This document shows, in pieces, positions 1 to 11,050 of a DNA stretch of 64,000 nt. Both the position numbers and the translations under genes were made by a program. The notes below the pieces were generated by a model that ran no database searches, had not been told where the DNA came from, and saw only the letters and a list, made by a program, of their open reading frames with translations. Source of the stretch: Octopus vulgaris (taxonomy: Eukaryota); NCBI GenBank assembly GCA_951406725.2, contig OX597830.1, positions 34,968,001 through 35,032,000 of the forward strand, given 5' to 3'. Positions within the stretch are counted from its first letter, which is position 1. The number at the start of each line of letters is the position of its first letter.

Positions 1-51
1 ATTTTCCCGGTGTACTAACGACTCTGCTAGCTCACTGATATGTGATATATC

Positions 52-383
52 CTGAACGAGGGAGTTTTTGATGTTGCTGCAATCATCTGCGTTTCCAGCT
101 GCGAGGTAGGTTTATCCGGAACTTTTGTCAGGAAATCCAGTTTCGATTTGGAGACACCTACATCTACCACATGCAAGTGTCCTAAATTTTGGGGAGGATA
201 GAGAATAGATGTGGGCCCTCGAAATCCAAGCTGTTATTGTAGCTGGTCCTCAAATCTGTATGGCGATGTTGAGATCTTTGGTACAAAGCAGTGGTGACTC
301 CTTCTACTGTTTGGGTACTTTCAATGTCAAGGTTTAGGACAAGTCCTTTTAGGATTTTCCAAATGTATATCACTGCATATCTG
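52..383 (-). mobile_element. CR1/L2-group LINE, decayed 3' end of ORF2
   Basis: Minus-strand translation IYIWKILKGLVLNL...SLDFEGPHLFSILPK, then across a frameshift VDVGVSKSKLDFLTKVPDKP. Matches the C-terminal signature of CR1-group RT ORFs (Y.WKILEGLVPN...GPRLFNSLP...FKSKLD.FL..VPDEP). Confidence 0.75.
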
Positions 384-499
384 AATCATATATACATACA
401 TACGCGCGCGCGCATGTGTGTATAACTGTTGCAATAAGATCACAAATATTTATTAAAAGTGGATCAGCTGATTAAATTGACACATGCAATACACTGACT

Positions 500-910
500 T
501 TCTGTTATATTACCTACGAACGTATGAAAGGTTAATGTGGAGCAAAATTGTACACGGTTAAGCATATTGTCAAAGAATTAGCTATCGTTAAAATGTAGCC
601 AACACCACAAATTGTAAATGAATAACAAGGAATAACGTGTATACACGTAGAAAAAACAACTGACAAATATCTAGAGAAGAAGACCGAATGCCATTTCAGT
701 TTCCATAAGACCATTGGTCGTTGTACCTATTGCGAGGAAGACTCTGTTTTACTGCTTGCATGAAATTGTGCACAGAAAGAAATTGTCCTAAACCCAAAAA
801 GTTGTTGTTTTGTTTTGTTATACTTTACGTATGCTTCGCATGTACACCATCCTTCTTCTGATGAAATGATTAAATCAGTAAACGTGGAAAATATTTCACA
901 GCATAAATAA
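500..910 (+). mobile_element. Possible highly decayed Penelope-like element 3' end (GIY-YIG relic plus HHR-like motif)
   Basis: Weak broken similarity (SKN*LSLKC vs SKNLIY.IKC), followed by CTGATGA-ATGAT/ATCA-AAACGT near 858-885. Confidence 0.25.
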
Positions 911-950
911 TTATGAGACTAGATTGAATATCATATTATCTCTATAGTAC

Positions 951-968
951 TCTCTCTCATTCTTTCTT

Positions 969-1052
<84 letters not shown>

Positions 1053-1119
1053 GAGATATACATTGGGAGAGAACGAATGAGACAGTGAGAGAGAGAGAGA
1101 GAGACATGGTCTCTGCATG

Positions 1120-1180
<61 letters not shown>
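951..1180. repeat. Compound (CT)n(AT)n(GA)n(AT)n(GT)n microsatellite
   Basis: Read directly from sequence. Confidence 0.95.
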
Positions 1181-1183
<3 letters not shown>

Positions 1184-1417
1184 CCCCCACATAGACACAC
1201 CCAGAAACATACACACGCTCTCGTACCCACGAATATGTAGTTAAAAATAATGTAACGTATAAAATTAGTGATAATTTTTTTTCTGAATATGTGATAACAA
1301 TTTTTATATAAGTTCATTTGCCTTCGTTACCGCATACATTTGTTGTCTGTGTATGATTTTGTCTTTCACAAATATAATACTTACATATACATAGATATAC
1401 ATACATACATGCATATA

Positions 1418-1479
<62 letters not shown>

Positions 1480-1675
1480 AATATATATATGTCAATATAT
1501 AGATATACATACATATATACATACATACGAACCACATATTTATATATATTTGAATAGATTTGTTGATAGATTAGAAGCAGGAAGAAAATGCTAAATATTA
1601 CATATATAGTAGAAAATTAACTGTAAAATATATCCATAGATATATCTTGAAACAAGTGTCATACATTCTACTAAT

Positions 1676-1702
1676 GTAATAATGATAATGATACTAACGA
1701 TA

Positions 1703-1761
<59 letters not shown>

Positions 1762-1975
1762 TAATAATAATAATAATGAAAATAATAATAATAATAATAA
1801 TAAGAAGAAGAAGAAGAAGAAGAAGAAAAATAATAATAAAAATAAAAATAATAATAATAATAATAATAATAATATTAATAATAACAATAATAATAATAAA
1901 AATAATAATAATAACAACAATAACAATAATGATGATGATGATGATAATGATGATGATAATGTTAATTATCATAAT
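1676..1975. repeat. (AAT)n/(AAG)n/(GAT)n trinucleotide microsatellite
   Basis: Read directly from sequence. Confidence 0.95.
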
Positions 1976-2120
1976 AAAATAATTGCATGAAGATGTATGT
2001 GTTCAATGCGTGGGTAAATGTACCATGAATATATGCAAAAAAAAAAGAATAAAATATTAGGTATGTATATCAGTAATTGGGAGATGTACAGATCAAATAA
2101 TTCAATTTACATCGAAGCTG

Positions 2121-2345
2121 CAAACAACAACAACAATAACAACAACAACAATAACAACAACAACAATAACAACACCAACGACAACAGCAGCAATAACAAC
2201 AGTCACAACAACAACAGCAAGATAGACAACATTGTCATGCAGCAACTTGACGTAGAAAAAAAAAATACAGCTGAATTTTCATCCCACAAATTAGAACGTT
2301 TCCCTGTTTATCAGCAGAAGTAATCAGAAACTTCATCAGCGCTTC

Positions 2346-2412
<67 letters not shown>

Positions 2413-2485
2413 CAATGAGACGGTGGTAATGACAAGCCTAGTAATGGTAGCAATAGCAGCAGAAGTGATGGCGATGGTAGCAACT

Positions 2486-2523
<38 letters not shown>

Positions 2524-2545
2524 TGTAGTAGTAGTAGTAGCAGCA
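2121..2545. repeat. (AAC)n, (AAT)n and (AGT)n microsatellite cluster
   Basis: Read directly from sequence. Confidence 0.9.
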
Positions 2546-2667
2546 GGAACAGCAGTAAAATCTGTATAAACATCTGTGTTTACATACTAGCAGGTACATT
2601 ACACTTAATTATGTATCTATGTAGTGTATGTATTATATGTATATGAGTGTGTTATGTATGTATGTAT

Positions 2668-2709
<42 letters not shown>

Positions 2710-3556
2710 ACATACATACATACATATACACACGCACATATACATATAACCAGAACATATCTTTGAAGGAGAAACCCATACCGCTGACAAGTGTCATAAG
2801 GTGCATGATTAACTGTCCAGTAAAACGCTGAAGACTCATTTAATCTCGTGTTCTTAGAGGAAAGGAATCGCACTGCTTAGCGCTTCTCGAGGATTCAGCA
2901 CGCCCTATGAGATATGCTACCGCCGAAGGTCTGAATATATTCTTATCGACCAAAATGTTGGAATAAACCACTGATCAGACCTGTTTTTTTTTTTTGACAA
3001 AACATTGCCAGACGCTTCAAGCTATTCTTAGGCTGACAGTCTTTCTTACTATCTTCAAGATAAGTCTATCAGAAGAGCAGGGACACAGTGGTTTACGGTT
3101 ATATTTTTCAAAACAACAGTGTCTTTCGGATTTCTTTTTAAGCATATCGTTTACATGCTTTATACCAAAACTCTTTGTTGTCTTAGCGTTATATAAAAGT
3201 TATTCTTCAGAATTACTTTACCTTATAATTTGTATTAAAATTATTTTCATAAATTGAGAAAAATTATTTTCTCCATGATCCTTCATTATCCTAATCACTG
3301 CTTTCTTAATCACTGTTGTGATTATGAACTGAGATAACGCTGGCACCGAATATTGTGCATATATGAGTGAAGCATTGTACAACATTTTCCTTCTGTATTT
3401 TATTCAATGCTTTGCATGCCCTCAGTCCGAATACCACCGACACTGATTTTGCATCTTATCAATTTCCTGTTCAGAAAATAAAGTACGAATAAGGGTGACA
3501 TCATAGAAGTGTCTACAATGTCGTTATCGTCGTTGTCGTCGTAGTAGCAGTAGCAA

Positions 3557-3603
<47 letters not shown>

Positions 3604-3703
3604 ATAGTAGGGGGGGGGGCAGCAGCAGCAGCAGAAGCAGTAGTTATTTTGGTAATGATAATAGAAGTATTAGTTGTTTTCTTGGTGTTGCCCTAGTTCT
3701 GTA

Positions 3704-3908
3704 ACTCTTTTACTTCTTTCTGTCATTTCACTCCGGCCATGCTGGAGCACCGCCTTTAGTCGAGCAAATCGACCCCAGGACTTATTCTTTGTAAGCTTAG
3801 TACTTATTCTATCGGTTGTCTTTTGCCGAACCTCTAAGTTGCGGGGACGCAAACACACCAGCATCGGTTGTCAAGCGATGTTGGGGGTAAACACAGACAC
3901 ACAAACGT

Positions 3909-3954
<46 letters not shown>

Positions 3955-4127
3955 GATGAGCTTCTTTTAGTTGTTTTAGTTTCCGTCTACCAAATCCACT
4001 CACAAGGCTTTGGTCGGCCCGAGGCTATAATAGAAGATACTTGTCCAAGGTACTACGCAGTGAGACTGAACCCGAAACCATGTGGTTCGTAAGCAAACTA
4101 CTTACCACACAGCCACTTCTACGCCTA
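3704..4127 (-). mobile_element. SINE family A (tRNA-like head, CORE-like segment, internal TA/TG microsatellite), full length
   Basis: Reverse complement of the 8030-8421 element: head TAGGCG.AG.AGTGGCTGTGTGGTAAG, B-box GGTTCAGTC, CCTTGG.CAAGT, tail AAAAGAGT. Confidence 0.9.
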
Positions 4128-4134
4128 TGTTGTT

Positions 4135-4315
4135 GATTTTTTCCGCAGGTCAACTCTTATCAATCAGGAATCAGGCCTTCTTAATCATAGATCTTATATG
4201 TACGTGTCGCAGATCCTTCTTTTTAAAACAATAGGTCAAGCTCTACGGGAGATGTTATAGTTATTTCTAGCAGATTCAATGACCGCTCACAAGATATTTC
4301 ATCGGTTAATCGTGG
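4135..4315 (-). mobile_element. Old short retroposon family E (CTAGAAATAGCAGCCAA-type), diverged
   Basis: TTATTTCTAGCAG and CAGGTCAAC motifs shared with copies at 18821, 36600 and 59625. Confidence 0.45.
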
Positions 4316-4710
4316 CATTAGTAGTAAAGAAATGTAGAGCAATAGCAGATATAATTAGTGGCGATATTATTATACATATTAATGTTACTAATTATCAATG
4401 CCATAGCTTATCACACAAGTAATTTACAGCCGGGGAATCGGAAAAAGAAGAACCGGATTAAATAACTAATATTGTTTCCAGAGAATTGGAAAAAAAATCA
4501 TCATGCTCTTGGCTTTAAATTTGTAATAGATACGCACACATTTACACACACATGCAGACATAGAACATATAAATACGCATATGTATTTGCATATATGCTT
4601 CCTAAAAATTTTGATATTATTCGATCCGTATATTAAATGTAGTCGATGGGAAATATATGAATGTCCACAAATAAGTTATGTGCACTCTCTCTCTCCCTCT
4701 CTCTCTCTCC

Positions 4711-4748
<38 letters not shown>

Positions 4749-4873
4749 CTCTGTTTCTCAGTATATATATGTGTGCGCACGTACATATAAGTATATATAC
4801 ATACGTACAATTACATATATATATATAATATAATATAACATATATATATATATATATATATATTAAATATATA

Positions 4874-5046
4874 TAGAGCCAGGAGTGGCTGTGTGGTAAG
4901 TAGCTTGCTTACTAACCACATGGTTCCGGGTTCAGTCCCACTGCGTGGCACCTTGGGCAAGTGTCTTCTACTATAGCCTAGGGCCGACCAAAGCCTAGTG
5001 AGTGGATTTGGTGGACGGAACCTGAAAGAAGCCCGTCGTATATATG

Positions 5047-5077
<31 letters not shown>

Positions 5078-5263
5078 ATGTTTGTATGTGTGTGTGTATG
5101 TGTGTGTGTGTTTGTGTATCTGTGTTTGTCCCCCAACATCGCTTGACAACTGATACTGATGTGTTTGCGTCTCCGCAACTTAGATGTTCGACAAAACAGA
5201 CCGATAGAATAAGTACTAAGTACTGGGGTCGATTTGCTCAAATGACGGAAACAAGTAAAAGTG
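4874..5263 (+). mobile_element. SINE family A, 3' internal deletions
   Basis: AGGAGTGGCTGTGTGGTAAGTAGCTTGC...GGTTCAGTCCCACTGCGTGGCACCTTGGGCAAGTGTCTTC...GAAACAAGTAAAAG. Confidence 0.9.
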
Positions 5264-5265
5264 TA

Positions 5266-5292
<27 letters not shown>

Positions 5293-5299
<7 letters not shown>

Positions 5300-5470
5300 T
5301 ATTGAATTTCTAAATGTCTCAACGAGACATGAGGGGTGGTGCAGCGATAGAGTGGTTGTATAAAGTCAAAGCCGACAGGAAGCATCGATGCTTCCTAGGG
5401 CTATATAGCGGTGGTGTAATTCCCTCTACGGGACTGTCACGTTATGTTGACTTTATACAACCTCTCTCTA
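5293..5470. mobile_element. Palindrome-rich small insertion in (TA)n (MITE-like or structured RNA element)
   Basis: 16-bp perfect IR 5354-5369/5447-5462, 20-bp palindrome 5377-5396, two hairpins 5293-5313 and 5314-5330, flanked by TA repeats. Confidence 0.55.
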
Positions 5471-5683
5471 TATATATATAAAGCATATCTCAGGTCTCAC
5501 TTCTCGGAATTACCACCCATGCAAGTATGGTTACTTATTTCTTAGGCGCTTATGTGACATTTGGCGACCCTAGTAACTGTTCCTCCGGATCTTACCTAGT
5601 GAATTAAACATACATATATAAATATATAAGCATGTACATATACACTGGACTGTATGTGAGCGTGTGTGTATGTGTGTGTGATT

Positions 5684-5714
<31 letters not shown>

Positions 5715-5976
5715 CTCCGCGCGTTGAATGTGATTAGCTATGAGGTGTCCGCCCATGAATAGTATAAAAAGAATGCATTTACATTTTTAGTTAACCCACA
5801 GTGGGTTTTATATCATTTGTATTTATTTCAATCTTTTACATTTAGTCTGAGTTGTTCATAGATCAATATACTTTAATTAAGGATTGTCAAAGATAAAAAT
5901 ATGGAAATTAAGCGATCCACTAATAACTGCTTCACGTGGAAGTTGGTCTATACTCTTGATTAAGGAAAGCGAGAAC

Positions 5977-6031
5977 GTGGTCACTGACGAGCAGTTGCCC
6001 GCTGCGAAGCAACCCGACAAGAGACTCCCAC
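5977..6031 (+). ncRNA. Decayed type I hammerhead ribozyme motif (Penelope pLTR-like)
   Basis: CTGACGA(5984-90), GCAG/TTGCCCG/CTGC stem-loop II, GAAG in place of GAAA. Stem III and cleavage site are degenerate. AATAAA lies about 30 nt downstream. Confidence 0.45.
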
Positions 6032-6682
6032 ATTATTTCTTTCTGTGCACAAATATAACTGAATAAATACCTTTATATTTTTATTCAAGCCGCAATGAAA
6101 CTATTATTAGAAATGCATTTTAATTCTGATTTACCTTCTTGTTGTGCATAACATAAAGTAGATAGATAAATCCATACCACACAGGCATACATGAATGTTT
6201 GTAGGGAGAGATTGAGAGAAAAATATATAATATGAATGCTGAGTGTTTACGATAGATATGATAGGAAATTTTACTTTTTCTTATGACAATTAATTTCATT
6301 CCATTATTTATCAATTTATACCTTTGTATTTCTCTTTTCTTTCATTTTCTCTCTTTCTTTTCTTTTCTTTTCTTTTCGTTTTGGCATGTATTTCGCTGTT
6401 GCACAGATTGCCGCAAGGTAATTCCGGTACGCCTGAGTTGTTTGAACACGTTTCTTCACGTAAGACGTCTCAGCCCTCCTTCAACTCTTTCTTTCTTCTT
6501 TTCTGTCTTTCTTTTCCGTCTTTCTTCCTTCCTTTCTCTCTTTCTTTATTGTTTCTTTCTTTCTTCCATTTTTTTCTTTCTTTTAATTCATACTATTATT
6601 TGACATTGCAAAGCAAAATCCCGTTTAGAAATGTAATCATAAAACTTACACCAAATCACCACAAGCAGAAACAATGGCCAAA

Positions 6683-6737
6683 TTATATATACATACATGC
6701 ATACAAATATATATTTATGTGTGTGTGTGTATGTGTG

Positions 6738-6773
<36 letters not shown>

Positions 6774-6848
6774 TACATAAATATATATATACATATAGGC
6801 ACAAATACACACACACACACACATATATATATATACATATATATATAC

Positions 6849-6901
<53 letters not shown>

Positions 6902-6960
6902 TACAGATACACACATACACACACATATATATATATATACTTACACACACATGCATACAG
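6683..6960. repeat. (AT)n/(AC)n compound microsatellite
   Basis: Read directly from sequence. Confidence 0.9.
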
Positions 6961-7458
6961 ATATGCTTGCATATACTATTACAATATCCTCTTCTCCGGA
7001 ATCTCAGCGCAAATGTAAATGTGTGGCAACAATTTGTGGTAGTCAAAAGCTGCGGGCATTATGTCCTAAATTTCCGCACAGACACAACACACACACACAA
7101 ACACACACATATACACATACACACACACACTCATACACACACACACACACATTACTTCCGCTTACTGGTAATCTGAGTGGTCCATGGAGCTTAGGGCATT
7201 TTGTTCTACGAGATTAATGGATTATGTTGTATGAAATACGTGTTTTTTTATTTTGTACTTTATATTTCCCGTGAATTTTAGTACCTTTTTTGTTTCTTAT
7301 TTCTTGTAATTATTCTTGCTTATCGCATTGTGTACTGCGCATATATATATATATATATACATATATACACACAGAGACACATATATATATGCACTTATAT
7401 ATATAATAAATATTCATAAACATATATATATATATGTATATATACGTATATATATATG

Positions 7459-7519
<61 letters not shown>

Positions 7520-7936
7520 ATACTAAATTTGTTACGGAAAACTCCATCATGTGGTCGTAGAAGTATACATTCTCCTCTCCATAATGATGGATGAACCAAC
7601 GGCCCGGCATGAGGTATAGGCGAGAGCAGCCGAATCAAACTCCCTCATACTTCAAATGGGTCGACAGCTGGGACAAAAAGCACATACATATCTGGTGATG
7701 TGAAACTCCCCAGCTTGACCAAAACACCAAAACCACGAGGTTGCTCAAGCATGACCGAAGCAGCATGGCTGAAACCAATAAAACAATATAGATAGATAAA
7801 TAGATGCACAAATATATAATTCAGTAGTATAAAATATGCATTAAAAGTAATGTGAAACGGCTGTAACCCAAAGGATGTTATATGCCCTAACTCTTTATGA
7901 TGTGTATATGTGCGTATATATATGTGTGTGTATATT

Positions 7937-8505
7937 TGTAACGTATGGTATAATTATAAACAGGGCAAATTTTAGCCAATTTCCGCAGACTGAAAAAATG
8001 GTGAACAGCTTTAATCTATTTTCGAACCTTAGGCGCAGGAGTGGCTGTGTGGTAAGTAGATTGCTAACCACCCACATGGTTCCGAGTTCAGTCCCACTGC
8101 GTGGCATCTTGGGCAAGTGTCTTCTACTATAGCCTCGGGCCGACCAATGCCTTGTGAGTGGATTTGGTAGACGGAAACTGAAAGAAGCCCGTCGAATATA
8201 TGTATATGTGTGTGTGTGTTTGTTCCCCTAGCATTGCTTGACAACCGATGCTGGTGTGTTTATGTCCCCGTCACTTAGCGGTTCGGCAAAAGAGACCGAT
8301 AGAATAAGTACTGGGCTTACAGAAAGAATAAGTCCCGGGGTCGAGTTGCTCGACTAAAGGCGGTGCTCCAGCATGGCCGCAGTCAAATGACTGAAACAAG
8401 TAAAAGAGTAAAGAGTAAAAAGTTACTGGGTTCTCATCAGAGGCGTCTACATCATTCTTGCAGTTTCCTGAGAAACAATAAGCCAAACTGTTTATATACT
8501 CAACA
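7937..8505 (-). mobile_element. Hammerhead-bearing retrozyme/PLE-like element, copy 2, split by a SINE at 8030-8421
   Basis: 7937-8029 and 8422-8505 are reverse complements of 60245-60341 and about 60165-60243. The minus strand reads GCCT-CTGATGA-GAACC-[loop+SINE]-GGTTC-GAAA-ATAGAT-TA-AAGC. Confidence 0.8.
8030..8421 (+). mobile_element. SINE family A, full length, young
   Basis: Complete from TAGGCGCAGGAGTGGCTGTGTGG to the (TAAAAGAG)n tail; nearly identical to 38472-38874. Confidence 0.95.
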
Positions 8506-8685
8506 AATGCAACAGTCCCTAATTTGCATGCCGAAAGTGTTTAACACACACTCTCTCTCCCTCTCCATCTCTCTCTATGTATATGTATATGTATGTATAT
8601 ATATATATGTATATGTATGTGTATATATGTATATATATGTATATTTGTGTGTGTTCGTATGTATGTATGCATGCATGTATGTATG

Positions 8686-8744
<59 letters not shown>

Positions 8745-9099
8745 GCCGTGTTTATATGCAATGTAATCGCGACAGTATACTTGCTGCTTTATGTTGAAAT
8801 TATTTTTCTCAATTTCGAATGAATTCCTTTAGAGTATATACAGTAAAGCCTTAATGATTGTAAATTTACATCGATCCTTCCACGCCTAAACTCTTTTATT
8901 TTCTGAACAAAATAAAATATTCACAGACTGTGCTGTTATCCCTTTTAATTAGGGCATGTATATGAGATTGACATTGAAATCTACCTCGGATTTGGAAATT
9001 CGAACCATTATATTTATATTCCATCCGTTAAGAAGTGTTTTACTTGCCTTTGTATTCATTGCAACTTATTTAGTTTTCTATTTTACAGTGCTATGAGGA

Positions 9100-9660
9100 T
9101 TATTCTGTGACTAATTGCTTATTTTGTGATTTCTCAGTAGAATAGATGAGACGTTTATTAAGTTGTTTTTTTGCCGCGTGTTATTACTTTGTTTTTGCAT
9201 GATTCATTGAATTACAATTTGTCCTTGTTGTACGTGCAACGTGAGCTGACAAGATATTGTCGTACCTGCATGGTTTACAAACCAGTTGGAAATGTGAAGT
9301 ATTCTAATTTTGCGTTCTCTATCACATTTGAAAATAGTTTTTTTTTTTATCGTAAGTAGCATATTTGCCAGCTCAGACGATTGTAGCTTATTAAAACTTT
9401 GTTTCAATATCCTTTCTTTAGCAGTGTTTTATTTGTCGGTCGATTACTACATGTAGTACTTTGTAATGGATTATTTAAATACACTTTTATGCAGTGATTT
9501 CATCACTGAAGTGTATTTTTATCTGGCCAGATAATCAAACATCTAGTGGAGCAAATCATAAAACTGAAGCAAAATTACATACAAAAATCAAGCAGCATAA
9601 CTACATGAAACGGGTCACGTATTATAAACAACGGATCCATACATAAAAGTACGAAGCAAC
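9100..9660 (-). mobile_element. Possible hAT (Charlie/Buster-like) transposon relic
   Basis: Faint frame-broken resemblance to the BED-finger region of hAT transposases; no intact motif. Confidence 0.2.
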
Positions 9661-9675
9661 TCTTCAATAAACGGT

Positions 9676-9988
9676 TGTTGTTGTTGTTTGTTCCTTCTCG
9701 AGCCATACTTGACTCATAAGGGCCGGTTTCCCGATTTCTTGGCGTATAGGTTCTCCACCTCGACGGGACGCCGATCCGTCGCAGGTGAGCTGCGAGATGG
9801 AGGAGGAAAGAATGAGAGAAATTTGTGGCGAAAGAGTCAGCAGAGGTTTCGCCATTACCATCTGCCGGAGTCACATGGAGCTTAGGTATTTCGCTCATAA
9901 ACACACATATCACCTGGTCTGAGATCCGCACCCGCGATCCCTCGACCGCGAGTCCGCTGCTCTAACCACTAGGCCATGTGGCTCCACA
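9676..9988 (-). mobile_element. SINE family B (tRNA-derived head, (AAC)n tail)
   Basis: Minus strand TGTGGAGCCACATGGCCTAGTGGTTAGAGCAGCGGACTCGCGGTCGAGGGATCGCGGG with A box and degenerate B box; homologous to 57150-57337. Confidence 0.85.
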
Positions 9989-10607
9989 ATGAACGGTCGT
10001 ATTACACGAGAAAAATTTTTGAAACACCACATATATCTAACCTATCAAAACAGTAAGTAAACATTAACAGTATACAATAGAATTATTAAAATCATTCTTA
10101 TGGATAACATACCAAAATTGTTACAACCAAGATTCTCCTCATGTCAATGAGTTACCAATTTCTTTGAAGACGTTCCAAGTTGTAAACATTTTGACTTCAA
10201 TTATGTTTGTCATACAAACACAGCACACGTCCTTATGACAGGAAGGAATTGATATTTCGTACATCAGGCAACTTGAAACGAGACAAAAATACATTAATAC
10301 AGGAATCAGTTATACTGTAGGGAATTGCCTCCCAAAAAGATTATCAATGATGTCAGTAATAATCAGTGTATTAAAACAATGGTAGGTATAAACACAGATA
10401 AATTGTACTGATCACAAACGAATAGAAACCAATCCTTAGGTGATCATGAACATATATGTTGCTTAAAAATTTAAATACTTGATAGCAATAATCGCAGAAG
10501 AGCTTACTTCATGAAAGCGCAAATATCACAACCCAAAATCAGTTAGTACAGCAGATTAGAATGTGAAGTGCAAGAGAAATATTAATGATGGAATTCGGAA
10601 GCTCATG

Positions 10608-10608
<1 letters not shown>

Positions 10609-10650
<42 letters not shown>

Positions 10651-10712
10651 TATGTGTGTATGTGTGTGTGTATATGTATATATATATATATATGTTTATT
10701 TATTTATATATG

Positions 10713-10758
<46 letters not shown>

Positions 10759-10999
10759 GACTTATGTGCAAAAATATATACATACATAGATGGGTTATAT
10801 AAAAGTAAGTTTTAATACGTATGCGAATAGGTTTTCACATATGTATATAATATATACATATGTGTGTATGCATACATGTATATACATATACATATATATA
10901 TATATAAATATATATATAGAGAGAGAGAGATGGAAGTATATATGAATGCATACGTATATTCATAATATATGTATATAATATATATAAATGGATGTATAC

Positions 11000-11050
<51 letters not shown>
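10609..11050. repeat. (AT)n/(GT)n microsatellite region
   Basis: Read directly from sequence. Confidence 0.9.
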
